Shown here: positions 31,127-40,926 of the stretch, piece after piece
Layout: every line of letters begins with the position of its first letter
Position numbering within the stretch: the stretch's first letter is position 1
Source of the DNA: a virus
DNA length: 64,000 nt
IMG/VR virus record: IMGVR_UViG_3300022924_000018
Span: 1-64,000 of that record
Strand: one strand, 5' to 3'
The notes under the pieces: model-generated
Told to the model about the DNA's origin: nothing
The model's input: only the letters and a program-made list of their open reading frames with translations
The model's database searches: none
Translations under genes and position numbers: made by a program

Positions 31127-31900
31127 TTACTTGCATACTATTGAAATCTTGTTAGGCTTACGTTTACGAACGAGTCCGTCCTTACCCAAGAAGTAGTTTG
31201 ATGGATAACATAGTCCATAAAAGGCACGAAGATTAAGTTTGTCCTTAGAAACTATTTCAATGTTCTTCTCTGATTTAATCAATCCAACTGCATTTAACTT
31301 CTTTTGTATTTTGTTGCCTGTTGTTATGCTTCTTCTATTTACAAGAGTTGCTAATCCTTTATTGCTGATACTATAATAATCTTCGGTTCTTTCGGGTGTT
31401 GTGTTTTGCAGATAAGCATTTCTCTTTTGAATTAATTTCTTAGCTTCCTTTGGAGAGATAAAATTATCCTCTTGCAGTTTAATGATTTCGGACTTGAGAT
31501 TGGTTATGTATTGTTGTTGCCTAAAGTTTTTTAATAATCGTGTAAATTGAATGTTTAATATTTGTTTGTTCTTGTCATTATTGTATTCTACGGCAATTAG
31601 GGGCGACTGTAGTGACTTTCTAAGTTTGGTTGACCCAACTATGCAAAGATTCCCGTTGTGCATTGTAACGAGTCCTAATTCGGTAAGCTTCTTTATGTGC
31701 CTTTGTAGAGTAGAAATTGATAGCCCTGTTTTCTTAGAAACTTTTCTATATGAGAAGTTGTAGAATTTAGGATTTTTATAAGTCTTTCTTAGGATGATTA
31801 GGATTGATAATGAACGTTCCCATTTTTGAGCAATAGCTTGTTGTATTACCGCTTCGGGTAGCCAAGTGTATTTGTCGTATGTAATGGAAAGTTTGGTCAA
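31127..31900 (-). CDS. 257-aa double winged-HTH-like DNA-binding protein, copy 1 (TTG start)
   Basis: FSYRKVSKKTGLSISTLQRHIKKLTELGLV; second HTH-like ISNKGLATLVNRRSITTGNKIQKKL; paralogue of 38026-38799. Confidence 0.7.
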   Translation of the reverse strand: MTKLSITYDKYTWLPEAVIQQAIAQKWERSLSILIILRKTYKNPKFYNFSYRKVSKKTGLSISTLQRHIKKLTELGLVTMHNGNLCIVGSTKLRKSLQSPLIAVEYNNDKNKQILNIQFTRLLKNFRQQQYITNLKSEIIKLQEDNFISPKEAKKLIQKRNAYLQNTTPERTEDYYSISNKGLATLVNRRSITTGNKIQKKLNAVGLIKSEKNIEIVSKDKLNLRAFYGLCYPSNYFLGKDGLVRKRKPNKISIVCK

Positions 31901-32050
31901 AGCAAAAGGGTTAGTGAAATTTAACTAGTTACCTTGATTGACGCTGTGGTAGGGCTTTATCGGTAATCTTTGCTAACTCACTAACCCTTTAGGGTTATAT
32001 CTTGATGTTCTTTGTATGATTGTCCTGCCTACCACAGCGGTTTCAACCAT
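31901..32050 (-). ncRNA. Structured 5' leader (pseudoknot-type), copy 1
   Basis: 12-bp pair 32028-32039/31942-31953 interleaved with 13-bp pair 31978-31990/31905-31917. Confidence 0.65.
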
Positions 32051-32054
32051 GCAT

Positions 32055-32062
32055 CAAAGATA
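32055..32062 (-). promoter_or_regulatory. -7 box TATCTTTG for cassette 1
   Basis: ATATTTCATATCTTTGATGCATG, near-identical to the 38947-38954 context. Confidence 0.7.
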
Positions 32063-32071
32063 TGAAATATT

Positions 32072-32263
32072 TTAATATTTAGGAACTTCTAAGTAATCAA
32101 ATAGTTCCTCCCTCAATTCGTCTATTGCGGAGGTCGTTCCAGAACTTAAACCGTAAGCAGGATGCCCTAAATTCTGTGTCGCTTGTAGTAGCTTTTGTTC
32201 TGTTTCCTTTAACACCGTAAGCACCTCTTCTTTTGTTGCTGTCTCTAGTTTGTCGCTTTTCAT
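32072..32263 (-). CDS. Small phage protein, paralogue of 47281-47478
   Basis: Shared VLKETEQKLL.ATQNLGHPAYG.SS.TT..ID.LRE.LFDYLE. Confidence 0.75.
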   Translation of the reverse strand: MKSDKLETATKEEVLTVLKETEQKLLQATQNLGHPAYGLSSGTTSAIDELREELFDYLEVPKY

Positions 32264-32301
32264 TTTTGTTGAATTTTATAATTTTCATGTTTTCTTTTAA
32301 T

Positions 32302-32333
32302 AAAAGGTGGCGCTTATCCAAGACAACCACCTT
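32302..32333 (-). terminator. Terminator downstream of tRNA-like RNA
   Basis: Minus strand AAGGTGG...CCACCTTTT. Confidence 0.5.
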
Positions 32334-32393
32334 CCAAATCTAAATTAACGCATAGCCTATGAAGCTATAATAGGGGCTCTCATCTTCCTATCG

Positions 32394-32582
32394 TGAATGT
32401 GGAGGGACTCAAACCCTCATGGCTACTGTGTTCCTTCATTACCTTTGCGAACTCTCTAAGAAGCTTTGTTTCGGTACACACTCAATTTCACACACTTTTA
32501 TGTACTCCATTTAATCGCATGACGGGATAGTGTGAAATATAGGCCTTATTGTCTTTACCGTCTCTCTTTCCGGCACACATTC
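32394..32582 (-). ncRNA. tRNA-like RNA (~189 nt) with large structured insert replacing anticodon/variable arms
   Basis: Acceptor GAATGTG/CACATTC plus discriminator A, U8G9, D-arm CCG-GAAAGAGAGA-CGG, T-arm GAGGG-TTTGAGT-CCCTC. Confidence 0.65.
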
Positions 32583-32586
32583 ATAT

Positions 32587-33045
32587 TTACTTTTTTAAAT
32601 TAATCGCATATTCCAAAATCAAAAGTGCATCTGCATTTGCAAGTGTAACCTTAATATGAGGATATAACTGTTGTGCTTTTGCTTTAAGTTTATTTTTCCA
32701 TTCGGTTGTTGATAGTTTAGACTTTGTGCCTATAAGCATTGTTTTCTGCCATGCTTGGGGAGAGGTTGTTGTTGTTTTAATTTCATTGGCAATCAAAGCC
32801 ATTTCGATATGTCCGTAGCCTTGACCAAAGTTAAACATTGAAGAACCTCCCATTTTCGGCATACCTCCAACCTTTTCAAGCATACATTCAACATCGTAAT
32901 CGTTTTGTCTTAAGGATTTAAAGAGTTCAAATAAGTCTTTTGGCGTGTCTGGCATTTTATATGAAATGATACTTCCATCAAATGTTCTAACTACTATTGC
33001 ACCATTTGCTCCTGGGTCTATTGCTATTAATGTTTTATTTTCCAT
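32587..33045 (-). CDS. RuvC-like Holliday junction resolvase
   Basis: IAIDPGANGAI, LEKV, FNFGQGYG, PQAWQK, ADALLI. Confidence 0.85.
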   Translation of the reverse strand: MENKTLIAIDPGANGAIVVRTFDGSIISYKMPDTPKDLFELFKSLRQNDYDVECMLEKVGGMPKMGGSSMFNFGQGYGHIEMALIANEIKTTTTSPQAWQKTMLIGTKSKLSTTEWKNKLKAKAQQLYPHIKVTLANADALLILEYAINLKK

Positions 33046-33715
33046 CTGCTGCGGGTTTAATCTCTCCATTATCAAGAGTGAGGGTTAGTTCTTTGTGTTC
33101 TGTTAAAATATGTCTAGCCCATTTAGCACCATCTATAAATCCTTGTCTATAAAAAACTGCTATTTCATTATCCTTATAGTTAAACTGTGCTAATTCATCA
33201 GCATATTCAAGTATGTCTTTTTGCGTTATTGTTTCCATATCATTTTCGTTTTTGTAATCTGCCGTCAAGTTCAATCTTAAACCCTGTACTTTTTAGCTTC
33301 TCCGCTAATTTAAGGCGTTCTGCGACACTATCTAATTGAGGTTGTTCTTTGTCTACCGTGTAAGATATTTTGTTGTGACAGCTTATTTCATTGCCTTTAA
33401 AAGTCTGTTTCATAATTTAAAAATCTTTATCTCTTGGGTCAATTTCTTTTGCCCCCTTTATACACCAAATAAAAATACCTAAAGCTATAACACATATTCC
33501 AAATATGGTAAAAGCAGTTTCACATGTAGACATATCAAAATCTTTTAAAGGGGTTTAACAACACTTCAATTGTACTATAGAAAGGTAAAGGCATCTTATT
33601 AACAACTAACATTGGTGGTTTAGGTTGACTAATGTAATGCTGATTAAGTGCTAATTGTGTTTCTCTAAATGTTGATTGCTTTTTCATAATGATTGGTTTA
33701 ATTTGGTTAGGTAAA

Positions 33716-33809
33716 ATTAGATTGCCAATCGCTGACTGTACAGCGTTCCCGTCTTTTATAAATTCAATTGAACTTAAAGGTTATATCGCTTGGTTTATGG
33801 CAATCTAAT
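33716..33809. other. Intergenic multi-branch stem-loop
   Basis: ATTAGATTGCCA/TGGCAATCTAAT 12-bp closing stem with inner hairpins. Confidence 0.45.
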
Positions 33810-33983
33810 GAGGTTAGTTGATATTCCAACTTGGTCTTTCATTCTCTAATTCAGCTTCCCTTCTATCACGCCTTTCTTGTTCGCTATAATCGGCTAGAAC
33901 ATCTGCTCTATAATCTTCTTCGTTATCCTGTTCAATAGCTATCTGTTCAAGGGTAGGGTTGTCTATGTGCTTTTTCATAGTTT

Positions 33984-34241
33984 TCATGCTTTTGCAAAAT
34001 CTTCCATTATTACTCCCTTATCTGTTATCGTACCTAATTCTACACAAGTAGAATATTTTTCACTCCAAGCCTTGCAATTGTTTCTTGTTTCAGCGCCTCC
34101 ATTTGATTGGGCAATTGATCTTGCCTCTTTTTCATTTTCAGCATTAATAACAAATCCAAAAGCTTTGTCAAACCAAGGTTCCCAAGGATTTACATCAGAT
34201 TTTTCTAATTTATCTTTAGGTCTTAAAATAAATGTTTTCAT
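33984..34241 (-). CDS. Small conserved-type phage protein
   Basis: PWFDKAFGFVINAENEKEAR.IA motif. Confidence 0.6.
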   Translation of the reverse strand: MKTFILRPKDKLEKSDVNPWEPWFDKAFGFVINAENEKEARSIAQSNGGAETRNNCKAWSEKYSTCVELGTITDKGVIMEDFAKA

Positions 34242-35120
34242 ATCTACTTATATTTAGCTTTTTCTTCTTTAGACAGTTTATCAAATTCAGGCTTTAAACT
34301 ATTCATGTGTGCCTGTATCATAGGTAATACTAATCCGTTAAACCCTGAAAACCTAATAGCATACTTAAACAATTCATTCTTCTCTAGTCCTTTAAGGTCT
34401 ATGGTTGTTTTTGATGTCTTTCTTTCTTTAATATCTTTCATGTGTTTATAGTGCTAGTGGTATTCTGAATGTGTGGTAAGGATATTCTTTGTCGAAGATG
34501 CTTTTCTTCTCAAACTTCTCATAAGAGAATTGTAGGTTCTTATTGCCTCCAACAATAGGCATGGTATCGTTAATTGTTAGGTACTTAAATTTTATAAATG
34601 GCGATCTTTTATCTTTACCTATATAAAGTGTACTTTCATTGGCATACCAAACTATTCTATATACTCTATCGTAAACTTTAAACTCTATCTCCCGACTAAA
34701 TTCTTCATCGCCTAAAGAATTATATTGCCCCATTATTTGAGCGCTTTCGAGGACTAATTGTATTTCTTCTAATGTATGTGGCTTCATGTGTTATAAGTTA
34801 TGTGTTGCTAATAAATCAAATAGTTGCTCAAAGAAGTCATTGTCACTAGCGGTCTTAATAAAATCATTGTCACAAAACTCATCATCTCCTAAAATCCACC
34901 CGTTTCTATCTTCCTTTAATTTATAAGCTTTAAGTAGGTGTACTCTGTGAGCGTAAATACGATGTTCCATGCCATTATAAAATGGTTCGGATGCTAATGG
35001 TTCATCTCCAAAGTGAGCAGGATTAGATTTAAGTTCTTCTTCTTTATATTTCTGTAGTAAGTCATAAGACTCTTTTGTTACCATAATATATACGGCATCA
35101 TCTAAATACTTTCCCATAAC

Positions 35121-35624
35121 TTAATTTATCTGCAAATTTTTATTCTCTTTAATTCTTGCACCTTTTACTTTCTCTCCTGCTTCAATAGCATTCTTAACAG
35201 CTTTCTTATCTATTTTGAATGTAGCAGGTACAGGAATTTTAAACTTCTTAGGGATAAGCTTTTCATCCTCTATAATCGTTTCTTTTGAAGTTCTGAATGA
35301 TAGCTTAATGTTCTGCACTTCGATTGATTTAACTTCAAACATTATCATGGCATTCTTTACTCTCTCTTCTAACTTTTCCTTGGCTGTTATTCGTGCCTTT
35401 TTAAGCGCTGTAAGGCGTTCAATTTCTTTATCCAATAAATCTATCTCTCCATCATACTTTTTACAAACATAGCCGTATTTAGCGCTTTTAATCTCAAAGT
35501 TTTCTTTGTTAAGTTCTAAGGCTTTTTCTAATTCTGGTGTTACCTCGCCTCCTGCTTCAACTAATTGTTGAGCAATGGATAAATATTCTTCTTGAAGGCT
35601 GTAAAGATTTAATTCTGTACTCAT
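35121..35624 (-). CDS. Siphovirus Gp157-family protein
   Basis: NLYSL, EIERL..LKK, FRTSK, IDKKAVKNAIEAGEKVKGA...NLQI. Confidence 0.88.
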   Translation of the reverse strand: MSTELNLYSLQEEYLSIAQQLVEAGGEVTPELEKALELNKENFEIKSAKYGYVCKKYDGEIDLLDKEIERLTALKKARITAKEKLEERVKNAMIMFEVKSIEVQNIKLSFRTSKETIIEDEKLIPKKFKIPVPATFKIDKKAVKNAIEAGEKVKGARIKENKNLQIN

Positions 35625-36211
35625 GCTTCCTGTTTTTCTAAATGTTTAAACCTTTTTTCAAACAATCCCTTCAATAACGAATTGCTCTGATATGAAAAGT
35701 GGAGGATACTTATGTACCGCTCCAATTCCTTTTTGCTTTTTATGTTCCCTACTTCCTTTGTTATCCTTAGTAGGGCTTCGCTGAATGTTTCCATCATAAA
35801 GCATAATTAAACTTTTTCAACAGACTTCTATTGGATTTTAATACCTTCTTAACCTCTTCCCATTTCTCAAATGTTTCAGGGTCTAAGCTTTCGAGGCACA
35901 TTTCATTAACAAAATCTAAGGCATCTAATTCACCTCTATCATTCGTTAAATACGCTTGAAAATCTTTTTCTAATTGTTCTTGATTTGTAGCTTCTAAACT
36001 TGTGTTAGCATCGCTTTTAGAGTTAAAAAACTCGTTTAATAAATTTGTTCTTTCCATGATTTTAATTGTTTTTTAAAAATTGTTTATATAAATATTCGTA
36101 TGGCGCATCTTTTTCCCCAAATGAAGCGAATGCCATATTATTACTTTTGTCTATAAGAATTAGTCTTTTCTTGCCTTTACCGTAATCCTTTAATAATATT
36201 TCTAATTTCAT

Positions 36212-36793
36212 CTATGCAGTTTTGCTAAGTTCTTCCTCTAATTCTTTCTCTGTTGCTTTAGATACTGACCATTTCTTTCTAACATCAGCAATCTTATACC
36301 CTTCTCTCATTGCTTTTACAACATTGGCGAAACTAGGAGCATCAGATTTATTTAACCAAGGCAAAGCAGGTTTCTCTTCTTTCTTATCTGTGCCACCTGT
36401 ACTGTTATTACCACTTGCATTGTTACCATCATCATCTTCATCTATGTTAAGCGATAATACAGCCCCTACAGCGTATCTTCTCTGATAAGTGATACATGAG
36501 CCTATTCCTTGAGGATCGTTCTTTGTAGGGTTCATTTCATACGTATCCATTAAGTATTCACCACTCTCTGCATGAATAAGGATTGTAGTTAAACCATGAT
36601 TACCTGTAGGATGCTGACTAATGACTAATCCTGCATCTAATAAGGGTTGATGTATCTCTGAAAGAATATCTGGTAAGGCAGCGTATTTTGATTTAAAGAA
36701 AGGGTTGTTGCTTCCCTTGTTTACCGTTCCTACATTAGTGTGAAACTTTACCAATGCTAATGCAATGTTTTTTATTGATTCTGATTTTTCCAT
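36212..36793 (-). CDS. ERF-family single-strand annealing protein
   Basis: NPFFKSKYA.L, HAESGE, PQGIGSCITYQRRYA...L.I..DDDGN. Confidence 0.92.
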   Translation of the reverse strand: MEKSESIKNIALALVKFHTNVGTVNKGSNNPFFKSKYAALPDILSEIHQPLLDAGLVISQHPTGNHGLTTILIHAESGEYLMDTYEMNPTKNDPQGIGSCITYQRRYAVGAVLSLNIDEDDDGNNASGNNSTGGTDKKEEKPALPWLNKSDAPSFANVVKAMREGYKIADVRKKWSVSKATEKELEEELSKTA

Positions 36794-36795
36794 TG

Positions 36796-37083
36796 TTATT
36801 TCTCTGCGTTAAGTTGTTTAATTAATGCATCTGCATGTTGGACTGCTAGTTTTGATATTTGATCAGGTGAATATGCTTTACTATTTGTTTGTGTATAGCA
36901 TCCTTCTGCATTAGCTAATATTCCTTGCATAGCTTTAGTAGCTATATAAGCTCTAATTGTTAAGCCTCCCTCTGTGTAGTTAACCATACCTAAGCTGTCA
37001 CCATCCATTCTGTCTTCGTATTCTTGCCTGTATTTCAGAAGTGGAGTTAATGATTCATTTGGTTCTGTTTTCATATTAATCAA
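36796..37083 (-). CDS. Small phage protein (GLTIR.Y.A.KAMQG family)
   Basis: GLTIRAYIATKAMQGILAN...ADALI. Confidence 0.65.
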   Translation of the reverse strand: MINMKTEPNESLTPLLKYRQEYEDRMDGDSLGMVNYTEGGLTIRAYIATKAMQGILANAEGCYTQTNSKAYSPDQISKLAVQHADALIKQLNAEK

Positions 37084-38025
37084 GTCTTAAATCCCATCTA
37101 CGTTCAAGAATTGTCTCATGGGATAGTTTATGTTCTTTATCTTTTGTTTTAACCTCTTTAGGAGAGGTGTAAGCTTCTATTTCTTTATCTGACATAAATA
37201 GCCCTGTGTGCGAGTTAAAAGGTCTTCCATTAGGCTTAATTACGATGTATAGAGGTAGATGCTTATAGGGTTGGTGTTTCTTCTTTGCCATGATGCTTTA
37301 AATCTATAGTCCACATTAAGAAATTGGTATAGTCTGCCATCATTACTGTAATGTTATGCAGAAGTGCTACATAAGCTTTGTATTTGTAACCTGATGGATA
37401 TTTAACTTTATCCATTTCAATGCCCATAGCTAAACTACTGTATCCATCAGAGCCTAACCAGACTCTAAAAGTGTTTTCTTTATCTATTTCATCGGGCATT
37501 ATAGAAGTTATACCAAAAAGTAGATTCCTAATGTCCTCTACAATATCGTTTTCTGATTTTACTGTTGTTAATGTCATCACTTCACATAATTAATCTTGTC
37601 ATCTAATGCTTTCCATTCTAACTCTACTATGAAATCTTTTAAATCCCATAGTTCATTTCTCCTAGCTATAGACTCTACTCTCTCAAAACGCTTTCTATCT
37701 ATTCCTAAATCAATGCTTTCCTTTTCTAGGGTGTCTATTCTTGCCTTTATTTGGGCTTTAATTGCGTCTATCATGGCTGTAATGATTTAAGGTCTTCTAT
37801 TATCTCTTTAAAAATGGGTATAATCATAGTTAATGACGCTTTAGATTGAATGGCAAATTGATTTAACTTACCTTGAAGTAACCTTTCTGACTGTTCGGAT
37901 GTGATTAAGTATCCTTCATACTTTAAAAGTAAAGTTTTAATTTCCTGATGTTCCATATTTGTTATTTTGTTTATGTTTTGTTGTTTAAACCCATTTCAAT
38001 AATTTCACTCTACTTCTTATTCCTT

Positions 38026-38799
38026 TTACCGGACTGTGATTTTATTAGGTAGGATTTGGAACACAATGCCGTGTTTAGAGAGTTGATAGTTGTTGCTAAT
38101 GTACTTCTCCCTAAATGCTCTATAGTTTGGCAAGTAGTCAGCCATTACTATGTTACGTTCCGATTTTATAAGTTTTAATCTGTTAAGGTCTTTTTGAATT
38201 TTAACCCCTGTTCGTGCGCTGCGGTTACAGAGCTTTCCAAATGATTTGTTTGATAGCATTAAATAATCTAGTTTACCAATTTCAGCGTTTTTGTATTGTG
38301 GCATATCGTTCATTTTCTTTCTTGTAAGCTTTATGTCGCTAATTGAAAGTTTGCAATCTGCCTTAGGAATATCAAGGATGTTTTGGCGTAACTTATTTGC
38401 TTTATGCTGTAAGTGTAATTTTCTACGTATTAGTGTCTGTCTTAAATATGTTAGTTGATCTTGCTTGTTATTGTAGATTTTTATAGGAACTAATGTTGTT
38501 TTGTATTGTGCTTTTAAAGCGTGGGTTGATTTAAGGTAAAGGTTGCCATTTCTTATAGAAGCTAAATCAAGTGAAATAAGCTTGTGTAAGGCACGATGAA
38601 GTGTAGCGGGTGAACAACCTATCTTTTTGGATAAATCAGCGTATGTGAAGTTATAATGTACTGGTTTGCGCTTTAATGAAGCTAATCTTATAAAATAACC
38701 CAATTGATTTTCAAAACCTTGTTCAAAGGCAATTTGTATCAGTCCTAGTGGAAGATACTTATAGCTGAATGGTTTTAATTGTTTGGGTTCGTACTTCAA
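38026..38799 (-). CDS. 257-aa double winged-HTH-like DNA-binding protein, copy 2 (TTG start)
   Basis: FTYADLSKKIGCSPATLHRALHKLISLDLA; LSNKSFGKLCNRSARTGVKIQKDL. Confidence 0.7.
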   Translation of the reverse strand: MKYEPKQLKPFSYKYLPLGLIQIAFEQGFENQLGYFIRLASLKRKPVHYNFTYADLSKKIGCSPATLHRALHKLISLDLASIRNGNLYLKSTHALKAQYKTTLVPIKIYNNKQDQLTYLRQTLIRRKLHLQHKANKLRQNILDIPKADCKLSISDIKLTRKKMNDMPQYKNAEIGKLDYLMLSNKSFGKLCNRSARTGVKIQKDLNRLKLIKSERNIVMADYLPNYRAFREKYISNNYQLSKHGIVFQILPNKITVR

Positions 38800-38943
38800 T
38801 GATAAAAGGGGTTAAACATTTCACGTTGATACTAAACTCTGCCAAGCGCCCTGTATCTTATGATTATGTCAACCCCTTTAAGGATATATTTTGGTAATGT
38901 ATAATGCTTATGACGTGGGCGCTTGGCGTTGCCTTATATCATG
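38800..38943 (-). ncRNA. Structured 5' leader (pseudoknot-type), copy 2
   Basis: 11-bp pair 38917-38927/38841-38851 interleaved with pair 38866-38879/38805-38819. Confidence 0.65.
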
Positions 38944-38946
38944 CAC

Positions 38947-38954
38947 CAAAGATA
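38947..38954 (-). promoter_or_regulatory. -7 box TATCTTTG for cassette 2
   Basis: ATATTCATATCTTTGGTGCATG. Confidence 0.7.
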
Positions 38955-38964
38955 TGAATATTTT

Positions 38965-39459
38965 TTATTTATGCTCTTTAATAAGCTTTTTTATATCAAC
39001 TTCTTTAAACTCTTCTTCAAAATCGCTACCGTCTTTATACTCTAAAGTAAACAGTTTGTTGTGTTTAAATGCTTTAGGCAGAATTTTTAAATCAATTCCA
39101 TCCCACTCAATATCTTCGTAATGACGCATAAAGAAAACTGATTTACCTTTTATGTCCTCAGCAATTGCTTTCTCCATCATAACATCAAATACAACAACGC
39201 TACCTGTATAACTTCCGTAACCACATAAAGGGACTAAAGAACTGTTTGCGTAAATCTCATCAGCTGATTTAACGGCATCCCAAGCCTGATAAGGTTCGTG
39301 CCATGCGTGACCTACTACATCATCGAATATGTCACCTTCTGTATTTATTCCAGAAGTTTCTAAAATCCTTCTTAATTGCCTTTTTGAAGTTCTTACCTCA
39401 TCATCCTGAATGTAATCACTATCTATAAATATTCTTTTCATAATTTCTTTTTTTGCCAT
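38965..39459 (-). CDS. Hypothetical phage protein
   Basis: 164-aa ORF. Confidence 0.6.
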   Translation of the reverse strand: MAKKEIMKRIFIDSDYIQDDEVRTSKRQLRRILETSGINTEGDIFDDVVGHAWHEPYQAWDAVKSADEIYANSSLVPLCGYGSYTGSVVVFDVMMEKAIAEDIKGKSVFFMRHYEDIEWDGIDLKILPKAFKHNKLFTLEYKDGSDFEEEFKEVDIKKLIKEHK

Positions 39460-39505
39460 AAGCAGAACAAAGCTATTCCGGTTATGAGAGTGAGTAGTAT
39501 AGGCA

Positions 39506-39784
39506 TTATTCTCCTAGTGCTTTATTGATTGCTGCCTTAAATTTATTGTAGCTATCAGTTGATTTTGCTTTTCCTGATTCTACTTTATCCACAAAGTCTA
39601 TTGCAGCTTGTAAAAGGTCTTGTGAAGCGCAAATTAATGTAGCATTAGCTTGTGCAGCAGTAATACCAACCTCAATAAAATCTAACACATTTCTTCCCTC
39701 AGCATAAGGCGAGTTTAGTATTTTAAGAAATCCACTTCTTGATACGGCATGCCATTCACCCTTTGTCCCTTTAAATTCTTTCAT
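39506..39784 (-). CDS. Small phage protein (FKGT.G.W...ANA.LI family)
   Basis: MKEFKGTKGEW...ANATLICASQDLLQA...AINKALGE. Confidence 0.65.
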   Translation of the reverse strand: MKEFKGTKGEWHAVSRSGFLKILNSPYAEGRNVLDFIEVGITAAQANATLICASQDLLQAAIDFVDKVESGKAKSTDSYNKFKAAINKALGE

Positions 39785-39879
39785 TAGTCTAATATTTTTC
39801 TAATCCATTTAACCAAAAAAGGCACTAAATACAAAGCGCCTCCTATTAATAATCCTATAGTGTATTTGTTCATTTCTCA

Positions 39880-40302
39880 TTATAATAGTTTAATCCAACC
39901 TCTATTAATCAATTCTTCAACGCTTAATCCCATGTAAGGAATTGCATAGCCTTTTGATTTTAAGTAATCAAATACATGGCATTGAAATTCATAGTTTTCC
40001 TGAAAATGGTCTATTAGGTTATAACGATTTACATTAAATTCAAATTTTTCACGCAAATAATTATAGTCATGGATAGATAGTGATGAAATAGGTTTGAGTT
40101 GTAAAAATGTGTCTTCTAGAGAGTAAACACCATATTTTTGAGAAAATCCACTTTTATATTCTATTGAAGGTGTATATTTTATAAATATAGAACCTTTACT
40201 TACACCTATAATAACGCCAAAATGAACGTATCTCTTTGATTTTACAATAGCACCTAAATATTGTCCAAAAAACTTTTCTTTGTTTTCGAGTGTGTTTTCC
40301 AT
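39880..40302 (-). CDS. Hypothetical Bacteroidota phage protein
   Basis: MENTLENK..FF.QY, LQLKP.SS, DYLKSKGYAIP. Confidence 0.6.
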   Translation of the reverse strand: MENTLENKEKFFGQYLGAIVKSKRYVHFGVIIGVSKGSIFIKYTPSIEYKSGFSQKYGVYSLEDTFLQLKPISSLSIHDYNYLREKFEFNVNRYNLIDHFQENYEFQCHVFDYLKSKGYAIPYMGLSVEELINRGWIKLL

Positions 40303-40494
40303 ATCATTAAATCTGAAATACTAATCTCTGTATATACCCCTTATGCATTAACAAGAAGTTTAACGGTATTTTGCTGAGGTTAGCGAGACTTTCGAAGTCT
40401 GCATCTACATTTCCACCTTTATGTATTGAAGTGGCTAATTGAGGATGTTTATTGAACACTTGTTTGAGTGCTATGATTTTTTCAGTTTCCATGA

Positions 40495-40926
40495 TTACAA
40501 TTCTAAAAATTCCTTAATTGATTGAATAATTTTCTCTTTGTTCTTAGCGTATAGGTTAAAGTTCCTTTTGCTAGGGTGAATGGTATAAAGCCATTGAGTA
40601 TTGCATCCCCATGTTTTGTCTTTAGTTGCTATATAATCTCTGGCAACATTGCCTAATACCCAAACTTTATTGGCTGATTGCACTTTTATTTCCAGTGTAT
40701 CATCCCAATGCTTATCCATTTGTTCCTGAGTAGGTTTTAAATGCCCTCCGTTAGCATCAAATCCTGTGAATGAACCAAACACAGCATCAAAGTCAAAAAT
40801 GCCTTGTGCAGATTCTTTTGTAATGCCTACTTCTGCTAGCCATTGATACAGCATTGTGGTATCGTATGGGGTTTCTTGCTTTACAAATGGCAACGCTTGG
40901 CCAATTATTAATATTCTATTTTTCAT
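40495..40926 (-). CDS. Uracil-DNA glycosylase superfamily protein (minimal)
   Basis: ILIIGQALP motif A, VLGNVA, IHPSKRN motif B. Confidence 0.7.
   Translation of the reverse strand: MKNRILIIGQALPFVKQETPYDTTMLYQWLAEVGITKESAQGIFDFDAVFGSFTGFDANGGHLKPTQEQMDKHWDDTLEIKVQSANKVWVLGNVARDYIATKDKTWGCNTQWLYTIHPSKRNFNLYAKNKEKIIQSIKEFLEL

Noticed and set aside
32394-32582. Calling this a canonical tRNA or tmRNA
   Set aside because: No anticodon arm, no recognisable tag ORF, too short for tmRNA; kept only as tRNA-like
38891-39121. Plus-strand 76-aa ORF over leader copy 2
   Set aside because: Antisense to a real gene and to the structured leader; no equivalent in copy 1
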